Below, in pieces: positions 24,562 to 37,435 of a stretch of DNA of 64,000 bases; positions within the stretch are counted from its first letter, which is position 1; every line of letters starts with the position of its first letter. This DNA comes from Auanema rhodensis. Taxonomy: Eukaryota > Animalia > Nematoda. The translations under genes were made by a program, and so were the position numbers. The DNA lies in NCBI GenBank assembly GCA_964057225.1, contig OZ059895.1, forward strand, positions 11,842,001 to 11,906,000. The letters run 5' to 3'. Below the pieces are notes generated by a model, which saw only the letters and a list, made by a program, of their open reading frames with translations, had not been told where the DNA came from and ran no database searches.

Positions 24562-24779
24562 GTATTCGAGTTCAGCATGCTTGATAACCCTAGATGGCAC
24601 TGTTCAATCATTGAAAACTGACGTCATGAATTCAGAATACCAATATCATCCTATAGACGGTCAATGTTACATCTCTTCTGACGCAGCCATGAAGACGTGG
24701 GATTCATAAAATCATATTATTGTATCCGTTTCTATAATTGAAGTTCCGCATGATAAAAAATTTTCGAATTCGTCTCATT

Positions 24780-27470
24780 CTCGTTGGACTGCCTCTATAA
24801 AAAAAACAGTAACATTTAACCAAAAATTAAAATACCTTTTCTTTTAGTTTTCTTCCGCCTCTCAAAGGCATCCCTTCATCTTTGTATAAAGATTTCAAAA
24901 GAGTTTCAGATATGTAAAATCTCAGTTCAGGTGGGTACGTACATCGAAGACATCGTTCGAATACTGGCAAGTTTGCAGGAATCTGCAAAAAAAGGAAATA
25001 TTTTGAAAATTAACAGATTCTACCGGAGATAAAACGATTTCTGTGGGTTCCTGGGTGATGATAGAGTTTCTGAACTGTTCCATGTTATTGAAGTTGTACC
25101 ATAGTACGCATAGTCTAATACCTTCATTAATTTTTTGATTTTTCAACCTGAAAGTATGTGATTGTGAAAAAAATACTGTACTTACCATTTCAGGAACTCC
25201 ACCCATTTTCGATATGAGTATTCACCTGTTGTGTGCAGGATACAGTGATAGCTTCCCTGCTTCTTCAGAAACCCGCAGATCAGACACCATAACCTGCCTA
25301 CGTAACAAGCCGGTCTATTGACCAACATACTGGTATCACTTACCACCTGAAAACAGAAGCATGGTTGAACTGATATTATTCGTCTCACCTGATCTAACAA
25401 ATAAGTATTTTGAAAAGAAACAATCTGAATCTCATCATTAACAGAGCCATCACATGATTCAGATTCTAGGGTAGTCATACTTCCTTCAGACAAAATGGCC
25501 TCATTAGATGGATCTTGATCGTCATGGTTGACGATCACCGGCTCAACAGAATCATGGTCGGGTATAGAAGACGTACCCTTGTTATCATCAATTTTTTTAT
25601 ATTTCTCTTAATTAAAAATATATGTATATGAGCGAACATAAAAAAACATACCAAAATACGTATTCCATTTATTTTTTCCTTCTAGAGATATAGCTCCAAA
25701 CAGAGCTGTTTCCTCTTTAGGTGTATCTTCCACATGGCGGGACAGATGAGGACAAGGACAGTTATCGTAAAAATCAAAGCGATAGCTGTGATTTCCTGTA
25801 ACATTGTAGTCGTACAGAATCTCAGCCCCACATTTGATTGTCTTCGTTGCTCTTAATATTAAAACGGGGAAATCGGAGTCTTCAAAACAAGTAATCATCT
25901 CGGAATTACGATGTCGCAAACAATGGTTTGCATAAGACCTCCGAACAAGAAACCAGGTTCCTTATTGGAAAAATTATAGGCGTACTAATATAAACCAAGA
26001 AGTAATTACCTTTTTATAAAAAGGGAGGATCAGGGAAGCATCAAAATCTCCGAATTTGGTCATCATAGTATAATTGCTGTCAACGGCTTCCATTACATTA
26101 TCGTAGTAGCCACAGACATAATCTCCTTTGGCAAAAAGGCTTCGAGGCAAAAAGTCCTAACATACATATATATTATTCGTATTTATAATTGCCCAACCTT
26201 TTCCAAAAGAAGTCGACCTCACTTCAATGTCCCATAAAGCCAAACAATATGAGTGAAAAGCAACCTCCTTTTTTGAGGTAAGACAATAGTGGTCGGCGTT
26301 TTTGAGCGCTTCAAATATTTCACATGCTTGATCGTGGTCACCATTTCTTATGCATTCGAATCTCTTAAAACAAATAATAATATTTTTAAATCAGCATTTG
26401 ATACCAATCAGGCTTTCTTAACAAGATCCTTAATAATATCCTTGACATTCAATCTTCTTCTTTTCCATCTAATGCCTTCTGATGTTTTTTCGTCCCCCAT
26501 TGAGGTATCTGCATTACGAACGTAAAGCTCACATATGCACCACAATATTTCTAAGGGTCTCGAGTGGAAAACCCTGGCACACGCACGCACGTTTTAACCT
26601 TATAGATGTAAGGCTTACGTGACTAACTTCATAAAAGAATATGTTAAATGTTTATTTAATAATCATGATTTACATGTGGTATATTCTTCTTCTTTCAATT
26701 ATTTACATGTAGTGTATTCTTTTTCGGAATCAGATGATATTATTATTATCGATCTAGGAAAAAATTATTTTATAAACTTTATTATTATAGGTGAAACAGC
26801 CAGGCAATGATAAAAAAAATTAGTTGAGTTAAAGTTAAAAATTAGTTGAAAAATTACTTCTTGTTTCTTGAAGATGGTCTAGTTTCATATTTTTTAAATA
26901 ACATCTCTTCAAGAGGTGCAGGAAGAGTTTCTCCTACATGGATATCTTCGACTTGTACTAGGTACAATTCTTTCTTCTACAATTCAACAGCATATTTAGT
27001 AGGATAATGACAAAACACTAACCTTCTTATATTTAGTGTTATATTCAACTACAACTTTTTTCCAGTCTTGGGAAAATCCAGCTATTTTACCTTTCTGGTA
27101 ATAAAAGTGCTCATGAAGCCCGTAGGCTACAAAGCAGCTCGTTCCTACACGGAAGGGATCAACAACCTTAAAAAACCACATCCTTTATAGATTAGTACAT
27201 ACTTACTTCATTTTCAAGAATTTGCCCCTTTTTATTTAGAACGAACTTTTTGAGTTCTTCATCGTATTCCTTAATATGAATATCTTCAGTCTTTTTCAAG
27301 ACTCTCTCCTTGACTGTCAGCTAAATGTAGTCTGTATTTAATAGTTTAGGAAAATCATTTGTTACCTTCGGACCTGACGGGACCTCAAACGGGGAGTTAG
27401 CTTCAAGGGCAGTCAAAATAGACTTACAGATCACGGATCCATCTGCGACCAGACGACGGTTGACGAAAGA
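24780..27470 (-). pseudogene. Multi-exon SET-domain gene or pseudogene with Cys/His clusters
   Basis: FAKGDYVCGY, RSYANHC, LRATKTIKCGAEILYDY SET motifs at ~25770-26240; CxC..H..CxC upstream; CLIC..H..H downstream; short introns; outer boundaries approximate. Confidence 0.68.
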
Positions 27471-27642
27471 CTGGAAATATATATATGAAACCTATTTTCT
27501 CGTAAACTAAGAAAAAAAATGTTTTTTAGACATTTATTCATTAACACGTTTGTTCTCTTTAATTGCAACTACTGCACCAACTCACAAAATGATGAAACAA
27601 TTAATAAACAAATATAGTTATTTTGTACAACTTGAACAAAAG

Positions 27643-28674
27643 TTAATACTTCGTAGCGTACCCTCTCGCTTCTATTACTCGCTGGCATCTTGTTTTCATT
27701 GAGTCAAGGAGCGTATTGATTTTATCTATAGGGATTTTCTCCAATTCCTCCTGCAATTGAGAAAATTTTTCATTGATGTTTCTTGCTGTTTTTCCTATTA
27801 GCCGACGTGCCAACTCTTCCCAAAGGTGTTCAATGGGATTTAGGTCTGGGCTTTGGCTGGGCCAATCCAAACGCTCAATATTTTGTTCACGCTGCCACAT
27901 TCAAACTTCCTGCACCCGATGTTTTGGATCGTTATCTTCTTGAAAAATGAAGCTTCTACCAATTGCATCCTTTGCATATGGTAACATGACGTTCTGTAAA
28001 ATATCCTTGTAGACTTGACGGTCCATAATCGTCTTTATGTGGTGAAGAGGCCCTGTTCCTTGAAAGCTAAAACAGCCCCACACAATGCATGAGCCACCAC
28101 CATGCTTGATTGTGGGTATCTGGTATTTTGGATCAAATCTTCGATTGATTGGCCTTCGTATCCAATGTATGCCATCGGATCCAAACAACGAGAACTTTGA
28201 TTCATCTGAGAATAAAACTTTATTCCATTGTTCTCTTGTCCATTGAACATGCTCTTTCGCCCACTGTACTCTCAGTCTTCTGTTCTTCTCAGAGATTAGT
28301 GGTTTTTTTACAGGCCTACGTCCATTCAATCCAGCTTGTCCTAACCTTTTTCTGATAGTCCGTAACAAAGGTTTTACTGAGTTCAAGCCTTCTAATTCTT
28401 CTAGAACTTGTGTAGCCGTCTTTCTTGGATCATTGCGACTGATACGCACATTGTTCCTATCACATATTTCAGTAGTGATTCTTGGTCTTCCGGTGCTTTT
28501 CTTGTGAACGAATCCTTGGTTGACCCTCCATCTTGTTAACATGTTGGTCACAGCTTTTCTGCTGATGTTGAACTGCTGCGAAAGTTGACGATGAGTCAAA
28601 CCCATAGTACGCCCATTTACTATGCTTTTTTGGACATCTTCAGGAACATTTCTGGCTCCTCTTGTACGTGGCAT
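27643..28674 (-). pseudogene. Tc1-like transposase (DD34E) with one premature stop at 27901-27903
   Basis: GRPR, FSDESKF, QEDNDPKH, SPDLNPIEHLW, GYATKY; the two ORFs are in the same frame and reading through the TGA gives D-34-E; TIRs not found. Confidence 0.92.
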
Positions 28675-28917
28675 GATCTAGATTGAGAATTGAAACTTCT
28701 TTGATACAAAAACTATGCAAAAAAAACACTAAACATTTGAAAAGAATTGAAAAAATTGAGATGATTCTTTTCATTCTTTATCTTGAAAAACAAAGTACAG
28801 ATATGTCCTTCTTGTTCATTCAATGTTTTGAATTTCTTAGTAACCAGCAGCTATTTGATAAGCACTTTTAAATTATTATTATCTCTTTCAAAAAAATATT
28901 GAACTTCAGATATTTTT

Positions 28918-29035
28918 GCTTACGACCATACCACGTTGAAAGTACGCCATCCCGTCCGATCTGGCAAGTCAAACAACGTTGGGCCCGGTTAGTACTTGGA
29001 TTGGAGACGGCTTGGAATCCCGGGTGCCGTAAGCT
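28918..29035 (+). pseudogene. 5S rRNA copy, 118 nt (G56A, C85T, 1-nt deletion)
   Basis: Full-length match to array 5S with variants; TTTT terminator. Confidence 0.85.
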
Positions 29036-29444
29036 TTTCAAATTTTTTTAACGATCATGCCACGTTGAAAGAACGCCATGCAGCTGATTTTCAATTTTAT
29101 CTCTTCCGTAACAAATGTTTTCAATTTTCCAGCAGTTTTACTTAGATAGCTCAACCGAAGGCAGCAAATTATCTTCAATCTTATTCCTATATTACGGTTA
29201 TAAACCAGTAGTTAATGAACCTTTAACTTAACTTTACTGTTTCTATCTATTTCCTATTGCAACAAACATTGTTTAAACACTATACAACTGTGAAACTTTT
29301 TTAATTCATTGTATTTGCAGCTCATAAGATTTGATATCATCGAGGGATTTAGATGGAACGTGGAAAATTACATAACTAACATGAAATTGAAAAAAAAACA
29401 ATAACGAGGATAAGTATGTAAATCATTGAATATCAGATATTTTC

Positions 29445-29512
29445 GATTACGACCATACCACGTTGAAAGTACGCCATCCCGTCCGATCTGGCGAGTCAAG
29501 CAACGTTGGGCC
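29445..29512 (+). pseudogene. 5S rRNA nt 1-68, interrupted by BEL copy 2
   Basis: Ends in the GGGCC TSD (29508-29512); the gene resumes at 37267. Confidence 0.95.
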
Positions 29513-29851
29513 TGTCGCTTGACAATTGGACTTTTACCTCCAAGTATCAGTCCAAGTATGGAGTCGGTTCGTATGAGTGCTGTGTTATGCGTTAAAACAA
29601 GTAAAATGAAGAAAGGTTTATTCAACGAAATACAACAAAACAGTAAAGTGAAAATAGCAAGTAGATTGATTTTAGAATTTCCTAGAAAATCCTAAAATCA
29701 ATTCAAAATTGGTGAGACATAAAAATTTAACCATCTAGTTCTCCCTTTTATAGGGAGGCACCAGATGGTTAAAGGGGGTGGAGTTAATTCAAAAAATGAC
29801 AAACAAAACGTTACCGTAATAAAAGTACATGTATTCACGTTGACCGTGACA
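29513..29851 (-). repeat. BEL copy 2, 3' LTR
   Basis: TG...CA termini; PPT-like GCCGGGAG adjacent on the minus strand. Confidence 0.95.
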
Positions 29852-29877
29852 CTCCCGGCAACAACGTGATTAGTAAA

Positions 29878-31405
29878 TTAATTTGTGCTGGACTCAGCTC
29901 CGTGTCTAGGATTCCTGAGCATTTTTCTCAGTAATGATGTAATGATCATCACAATTTTTATCATCTGAACGATTAATTTTTGTATGATTATGATGATTAC
30001 AATTATTGCTTGTACTCCTATTATATAAGATAATACTGGTATAAAAACAGTTATCAGGAGGAAGTATAATGATAATGCCCAATTTGTTTTAATTACATCC
30101 AAAATATTTCTCCAGGTGTTAGCATTTGTCACAATGTTGATGATTGTTTTCTCAACATCTGGGATTTCACTATCCCATTGTAATGTTCCTTGTATGATCA
30201 CGTGGTGTTTTTCATCAGCACATGTTACGAAGCATTCTTCATAGATTTCAGAATGCTCTGAGTAATATTCCACAGCAGTAAGTGGCATGTGTGGGGCGCA
30301 TTCAATCATGTATATGTTCTCACTACATTGCATTGTGATCCAAGAATCCTTTTGTGATATACACATAAACTCGGCAACAGCTGTTCTTCTACAGCTGTGA
30401 CACCCGGAAAGTTTTTTAAATTCCGGTCGACAAGGAAAGTCGTACAGAAAGGTACGAGATGACACATTCCCTTGTAATTGAAGAACAACAGTTGATTCAT
30501 CTGTTTGAGGAATAAGTGTTAATTTGTTTTCTTTCATGGTAATTAGGGTGTTCTTGGTGTTCATGGGTAATAAGTTTGCCTGATTATTTTGTATTTTACA
30601 AGAGTTAAATTCATTTGTAGTTTGATATTTGGTTTTGCATGCTACTTCACTCATATATGAGTATGAGGTTCCATGTAATAACTGTTTATAGTTGATAATG
30701 CATATTTGGTGTTTAAATATCGGGTTGGTGGTACAATTTGGGAGATTGAGCTTATATTAAAGTTTGGAAAATTAACAGTGTCGTATGGTTTTAAAAGAAT
30801 ATTAATATTGGCTTTGTGTTTAAATAGATCATACTTTACCTCTAATGGTATATTTATTTCCCAAGAATCACATTCTACTATTTCATAAACTATTTCATTG
30901 ATTGGTTTAAATTCAGTTTGAAAGAATGAGCAACCGTCTTCTAGAGACCAACATCCGCAGAAAAGAAAGCCACATCGCCTAGCACAACCAACTGGTGTTG
31001 GTCCTTCTTCTTTATCAAATTCTTGTAATTGTCCAATAGGATTTATAGCTTCACAAGTGTGATTACAAGATCCTGTTCCATAACAGGAATATTGAGTTTT
31101 GTATTGAATTGTGCTTTCACGAGTATAATATAGCGTACTTTTCTGGCAAATGTATTCTCCCTTATGCCTTTATTGAAAATGATTTCATTATCGTATTCTT
31201 GATAACAATTTGTTCGATTAATGCAAATTATATTTATTGAATGCCTAATATGTGAGTTTGAACAAGATTCTACTGTTATTAATAATACCATGAGTGCTAT
31301 CGATAATTGTAATGAAGTTAATGATGATGTTCTCATGTAATTTGGAATTTTAATAGTTTCTGGAACATCATTTTTCCATTTTGGAGTTACATTGTCAAAT
31401 TTCAT
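29878..31405 (-). pseudogene. BEL env (phlebovirus Gc-like), frameshifted
   Basis: Near-identical to 18565-20159, with an extra deletion at ~31158. Confidence 0.88.
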
Positions 31406-31745
31406 GGTTACTGTGTTTTCCTTTTGTACGACTACATCGTCTGAACTTGTTAATATTTTTGAATCAGGTTTTCCACTTCTAACTTCGGTTAGTATCGTTT
31501 GCCAATTATCATTTAAAAATTTATACTAATATTGGTCATTTTTATGAGCTTTCAATACTCTTTTACAAATTGCTAATATAGTAAATAATAGTATAATTGG
31601 TATGAAAAATGTTATCAAAGTCGTTAATGGATTACATTGTGGGAAATATAATGCTTCCGCTGTTAGCAATTCAGAAGATTGGCATGTAGCCTCAACCGTT
31701 GGAATTATTCTAAGAAGAGCTTCTTTTGGAACAATCGTTTTCATT

Positions 31746-34575
31746 TTATTTTGGATTGGATTCATTTTCGGTTTGAAGAGTTATCTCATTTGTTTGATCT
31801 TCCGCTTGCTCTAAGTTCGTATTATTAGAATCATTTTCGTTTCCTGCTTTGTTGTAGATATTCATGTTGAGTGTATAGATGTCGAGAGGTGTTACATCGT
31901 TATTTTGTTCACTTTCTTGAGTGTTTTCAAGGTGTTCAACATTTTCAACATTTTCAAACCGATTTCCTTTTTGTTTTACCGTTCCGGTGATTAAAAATGG
32001 ATTTACTTGGTATTTTTTATTGTATCTCATTGAGTGAGGTTCTGACGCAAACGGTGATGCTTCTGCGTTTTTCACTTCTAGTGGATATATGTGGTTTAAT
32101 GAACGAATTGTTATAAGACCAGTGCCAGTTATTAGTTTTGCAGATCTAACTTCCCCATCTGCACTTTTTATCAGTTCTATTATGCGTCCTAATTTCCATT
32201 TACCTCTACTTGAATCATCATTTTGTATTATAATAACTTCGCCTTCTTGTGGTTTCTTAGCGTTCGTCGCAGGTTGTTTTCTGTTGTGTTTGTAAATATC
32301 TCTAAGATACAGTAAATACTCGGAATAGAATTTTTTCCAGAATAATTGAGTTACATCTTTAGATAACTCTATTGCTTCAATGGCTTGCTCTATAGTTTGT
32401 ATTGTCCTGCTATTGATAGTTTTATCATAAATTCGGGTATTCGATACGTTTGAAGAAAGTGTAAACCTGATGGAACGGTTTAAAAAATCACAAGGTCTGA
32501 TAAGCAAAATGTTCAGGTTGGATGGGTTCGGATGTGTAAGCGGGCGAGTATTCAAAATTTTTTCGATTTTCAATTACTGTATGTATATCATCAAATGACA
32601 TTAATTTATTTCTAATTGTTTTGTATAGTGCTAACTTTGTTAGTCCTACTAGTCTTTCCCATGTTCCACCTTTCCATGGAGCCTGTGGTGTGTTGAAGTA
32701 CCATTTAATATTCTTTTCGGCAAGATAATTGGTTAATGTTTTTTCATTTTTTGATTCATGGTTTTCTGTGTAAAACTCTATTACTTTAGCACTTAATAAG
32801 AAGTTTCCTCCATTATCACTTCGTATTATTTCTGGAATACCTCTTCTTCTAATGAACCTTTCAAAAGCGTTTAAGAATGCTTTTGTTGGTTGGTCAAAAA
32901 CTATTTCTAAGTGTATAGCTCTTATATCTAAACAAGTAAACAGACATATAAATATCTTTTTACCATCCTTTATGGTTAATGGACCTAATAAGTCACAACC
33001 TGTACTCATGAATTGTTTTGTTAGAATTACTCTATTCTTAGGCAATGCTGGCATTAAGGACGTTCCAAACGGCAAAGCGTTGTATCTATTGCAGATTGTG
33101 CATGTTTTGAGAACTGATCTGACTATGCTTGATGGTCTACTTAAAAAGTATTTTTGACGCAAGTGTGTTAGAACAAAATCTCGCCCTTGGTGCATGCATT
33201 CTCTGTGTAAATGCATAATTTTGTGTTCTGTGTACGGAGAATCCCTTGGAAGATATATGGGATTTTGAGTTTCAAACGGTAATTCCGAGTTGTTCAATCT
33301 ACTACGAACTCTGATTATTTCTTCATCGAGAAAAAATACAAAACCTTCATGTTTTTTCATGAGGAGATCTATTGTTACATACTGTTGTGCTTTACTTATT
33401 AATAATTTGGTTATAATCTCAATATCATTAGCTGTAGTTTGCCAGTTTTCATCTAATTGCATTACCTTATTTAACCTTGTTGTAGCTGTGGGATGAAGTT
33501 TTATGATCCAATGTCTCAAGAATTTACTTAATTTAACTATAGTTTTCAGTAAAGTATAGTTGTTGCTACGTAGTTTAAATATATCTTCAACTGGTATTTG
33601 TGTTATTTGTTGTTGTTCAACGGTATCGATCAAGGTTGTTATATTCCAAATAGGCTCATAATCAATTTCTTCAATGTGTGATTTTGTTTGGGTTAACCAT
33701 TGTGGTCCTTTAATCCACATAGAATCACTTAGTTCTTGGAGACAAGCTCCTCGAGAACCAATATCGGCTGGGTTATAATCACCATTAACATGAAAAAGTT
33801 TGATTTTAATGTTATTTTCCTTCAATTTATCTATATACTTCCTTACATTGTCGACGCGACTGCCGAAAGTTTTCTGATGGTTAGCTATCCAATGTAAAGC
33901 TACCTTACTGTCACTGGTTACGTGTACAGTTTTAAGATGATTGGTTGTAGATGTGATATTATCAGCTAACATAATACCTAATAGTATGGCAATCAGTTCT
34001 AGTCTTGGGATAGTCAGATTTCCCTTTTTTGCAATTTTCGACTTTTCACTTACAAGTTGGCTTATTTTACCGTTGGTTTCAATGTATGTGCAGGCAGCAA
34101 TGGCTAGTTTACTAGCATCAGTAAATACCCATAATATAGAGTTATTCAGGTTTAACTTTCTTTCAAGTCTCAATTCCTTTTCATTTAATAATTCATTTAT
34201 GGCTAAATTCCATTTATGTGTTATTTCTTTGGGTAATTCAACATCCCAACCCTTGAATTGATCACTTGATTCTCTCAGTAGTAATTTTAATAGTAAAATC
34301 GATGGGCTTGCCATACCTAATGGATCGAATATTGAATGTATTTGACTTAACATGTTCCTGTGCGTGTTGATTTCAAATTTCTTTAATTTAAGTATAAGAA
34401 CGAATAAATCTAGTCTTGTATCATGATTTAAACCCAAAATTTTGGTAGTATTATGTGGGTATTTGTCTTCATTGTTCATATCTTCAGTAACCTTTGGATT
34501 GTTGCTCATAAATTCTCTTAAATTCATAGAAATGCCTTGTGAGATTTTCTTGGCTTTTTCGCATTTTATCTTAGC
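31746..34575 (-). pseudogene. BEL RT C-terminus, RNase H and integrase
   Basis: FDPLG, FTDAS, TIPRLEL, NPADIGSRG, SDNG, WERLVG; same integrase frameshift as copy 1. Confidence 0.93.
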
Positions 34576-36726
34576 TTCTTCAACACTGCTTCAATTCTCC
34601 CGGCTTTAATGGATAGTTCTTTACTACATTCTTTAAGATAATTCTCTGCTTCTGCCTTGTTATCTACTATGGTGCTTATTCCAATAGTATCGATGAGGAA
34701 AAGCTCTTTCAGTTTTGTTTCTGGAGGTGGTTCATAACTTTGTTCCTCTTCAATGCTACATAGAGTTACAATTTTTTCAAGTTTAGTTTCTCCATTTATA
34801 AGAGTTCCAAATACAGATCCTTTACATAAAAGATCAGAGGGAAGTCTGAATTCTTTATTGTCTTTTACAAACAATTTTAATCTATCTTGTCCAATCAAAA
34901 CATCCGGTTCAAAAACTTCCCCATTTGTATCGGTATTGGCTAGTATAATATTGTTTTCTTTAATGAAACTCAAATCCTTTCTTGAAAGATGAGGACTATA
35001 TACGTGGGAACTGATTTTTGGCTTAGTGAGCATTTCAGTTACAATTAAATTTTTCTCTTTAGTATAGAATATTGTGTTAACTATACTTGAAACATGAGAA
35101 TGTTTCATTCCTCCAATACCATGAAATGTTTTTCTTTGTTTGGATTCAACTGGTAGTTTCATCCTTTTTGCTAGATCTTCTCTGATAAAAGAACGTTGAA
35201 AACAATCATCAAAAATAATGTTAACTTTTCATAGCTATTGCTATTGTAATTGAACAAACTTGGTTAAACTTGTGGGTTCTCCATGTGCTTTCTTGGGAAT
35301 AATTGTTTGATTATTTCTGGTCTTTTCTTCATACTGAAATGTTGTGATCATCATGACAGCTGTTGAATTTAAACTTTGACCATGTGCGGTTTTTGCTTTG
35401 ATGATTGTTTGCAAAGCATACATAACATAGCCTTTTTTCTCTTAAAATTTTTCTTTTTTCCGTTGTTTCAACAGGACACATATGGCTATTATGTGAATTG
35501 TTCGCGCAAAAAACGCAATTCCTTCTTTGTTTCAAATCTTTAACTTCATTCAATCAAAATTGTTTTTTAGTTTGATCACCATCTGGATTTTTACTTTTTT
35601 CATTGTTAGTGAGATACAGTGATTCAGTGTTTTCAGTCATCTGTAGTAGTTTCACTTGCGCCGAAATATGTTCAATGATTTTCTCGTGGGACCATTCAAA
35701 ATTTTGTTCGATGTGAGTATCTTTGATTATTTCAAATGGGAATTTATTGAGTACGGTAGCAACATAAAGCTCTTTGATTAAAGATCCTCCCGCCGCTTGA
35801 ATTTGTCGCAGCAGAGCTTTCATCTCTCTCAGCGTTTGAGCACAACTATCGGCTCGTCTTGAAGCTTTTGGCACCTTATTCAACTTGTTGATTAGCGTTG
35901 CTGTATCAACAGCGTATGAGGAATATTCTTCCTTCAAACAATTTTTCATAAACTCATAGTTTTCTTCGGTACCGGGAATTCTCCTAAGAAGATATTCGGC
36001 TTCACCTGATAAGGACTCACATAGGAAGTTCACTTTTTCACTTATAGAGAAAAATTCATTGTTATCAATCATTCTCATGAATCTATCCCAGAATAAAGGG
36101 AATTTTTCCGGAGTACCGTCAAAGGTTGGAGTTTTTAATACGGGTCTTTGCAGTATTTGGTTGATCAGTCTTACTTCATTAACATGCTGATCATGCACTA
36201 CCTGATCGGGTAAACTGTTTTGTTTTTCTTGTACCTCGTTTGTACAATTTTCATATTCTTTTTCTTCTGTATATTCAACTCTTTCCCGAAGTTGTTGTAA
36301 TTCAAGTTGTATTTCCATATCTTTGATTTTTTCTTTGTTTTTATCAATGAGATTTTTTAAGAATATCAATTTGTCATTCAATTTCAGTATTATTAACGTG
36401 GCATTGCCACGGATGTCTCCTTTTTCACCTTCTTCGATTTTTGTAAATTTTTTGTTCAATTCTTTTTGGTGCTTTTCTTCTAAAAGCTCACAAACTCTTT
36501 GAAAATTAATTTCAATGGTTTCAATTGATTGGAGTTTATTCTCCAAAATATTCAAGTAATTTTTAACTGTTGCACATTCATTCTCTTGCGCAATTATTTG
36601 ATTTACCGGCTCAGACAATTCAGAGTAATCGGTCATTTTCTTATAGTTTTCAACTTTAGAATTCAGTTTATTCAAAAATTCTAATTCTCTCCCCATTTGG
36701 AGAATATATCTTTGAGCGGAGGACAT
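34576..36726 (-). pseudogene. BEL gag-protease
   Basis: Coiled-coil N-terminus, PTFDGTPEKFPLFWDRF, Cys knuckles, PDVLIGQD; stop at 35554 plus frameshifts. Confidence 0.9.
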
Positions 36727-36903
36727 TATTTTAGCCTTCCTCAATGGATATTTCAGATTCAGCGATATTTTTATCGTCTTATTGTTTCTTGACAAGTGAT
36801 TTCTTGTCAACTCGGATTTTCTACGAGTTCTTCGGAATTTATTTCTCCGGCGGTTCTATATAACCTTTGTTTTAAATTTTCCTTGTCAGTAATCAACTGA
36901 ATG

Positions 36904-36921
36904 ATCCTGCCGTGGTCGCCA
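36904..36921 (-). other. Primer binding site complementary to tRNA-Arg(ACG)
   Basis: TGGCGACCACGGCAGGAT, 2 nt after the 5' LTR; complementary to ...ATCCTGCCGTGGTCG-CCA, which I recognise as the nematode tRNA-Arg(ACG) 3' end. Confidence 0.85.
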
Positions 36922-36923
36922 AA

Positions 36924-37266
36924 TGTCGCTTGACAACTGGACTATTACCTCCAAGTATCAGTCCAAGTATGGAGTCGGTTTGTATGAGTGCTGTGTTATG
37001 CGTTAAAACAAGTAAAATGAAGAACGGTTTATTCAACAAAATACAACAAACAGTAAAGTGAAAATAGCAAGTAGATTGATTTCAGAACTTCCTAGAAAAT
37101 CCTAAAATCAATTCAAAAATTGGTGAGACATAAAAATTTAACCATCTAGTTCTCCCTTTTATAGGGAGGCACCAGATGGTTAAAGGGGGTGGAGTTAATT
37201 CAAAAAATGACAAACAAAACTACCGTTACCGTAATAAAAATACATATATTCACGTTGATCGTGACA
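36924..37266 (-). repeat. BEL copy 2, 5' LTR (343 bp)
   Basis: About 10 substitutions and 3 indels versus the 3' LTR (counted by eye). Confidence 0.95.
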
Positions 37267-37288
37267 GGGCCCGGTTAGTACTTGGATC
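37267..37288 (+). pseudogene. 5S rRNA nt 64-85 (TSD plus continuation), then deleted into the spacer
   Basis: GGGCCCGGTTAGTACTTGGATC joined to ATGCAGCT spacer, which runs to 37435. Confidence 0.9.
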
Positions 37289-37435
37289 ATGCAGCTAATT
37301 TTCAATTCTATCTCTTCCGTAACAAATGTTTTCAATTTTCCAGCAGTTTTACTCAGATAGCTCAACCCAAGGCATCAAAATATCTTCAATCTTATTTCTA
37401 TATTACAGTTATAAACTAGTAGTTTATGAACCTTC

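Larger units (their letters stand above)
29513..37266 (-). mobile_element. BEL/Pao LTR retrotransposon copy 2, two LTRs, RT core deleted, env-bearing
   Basis: LTRs 29513-29851 and 36924-37266; GGGCC 5-bp TSD; PBS; gag from ATG 36726; RNase H/integrase 32488-34527; env 29878-31405. Confidence 0.97.
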
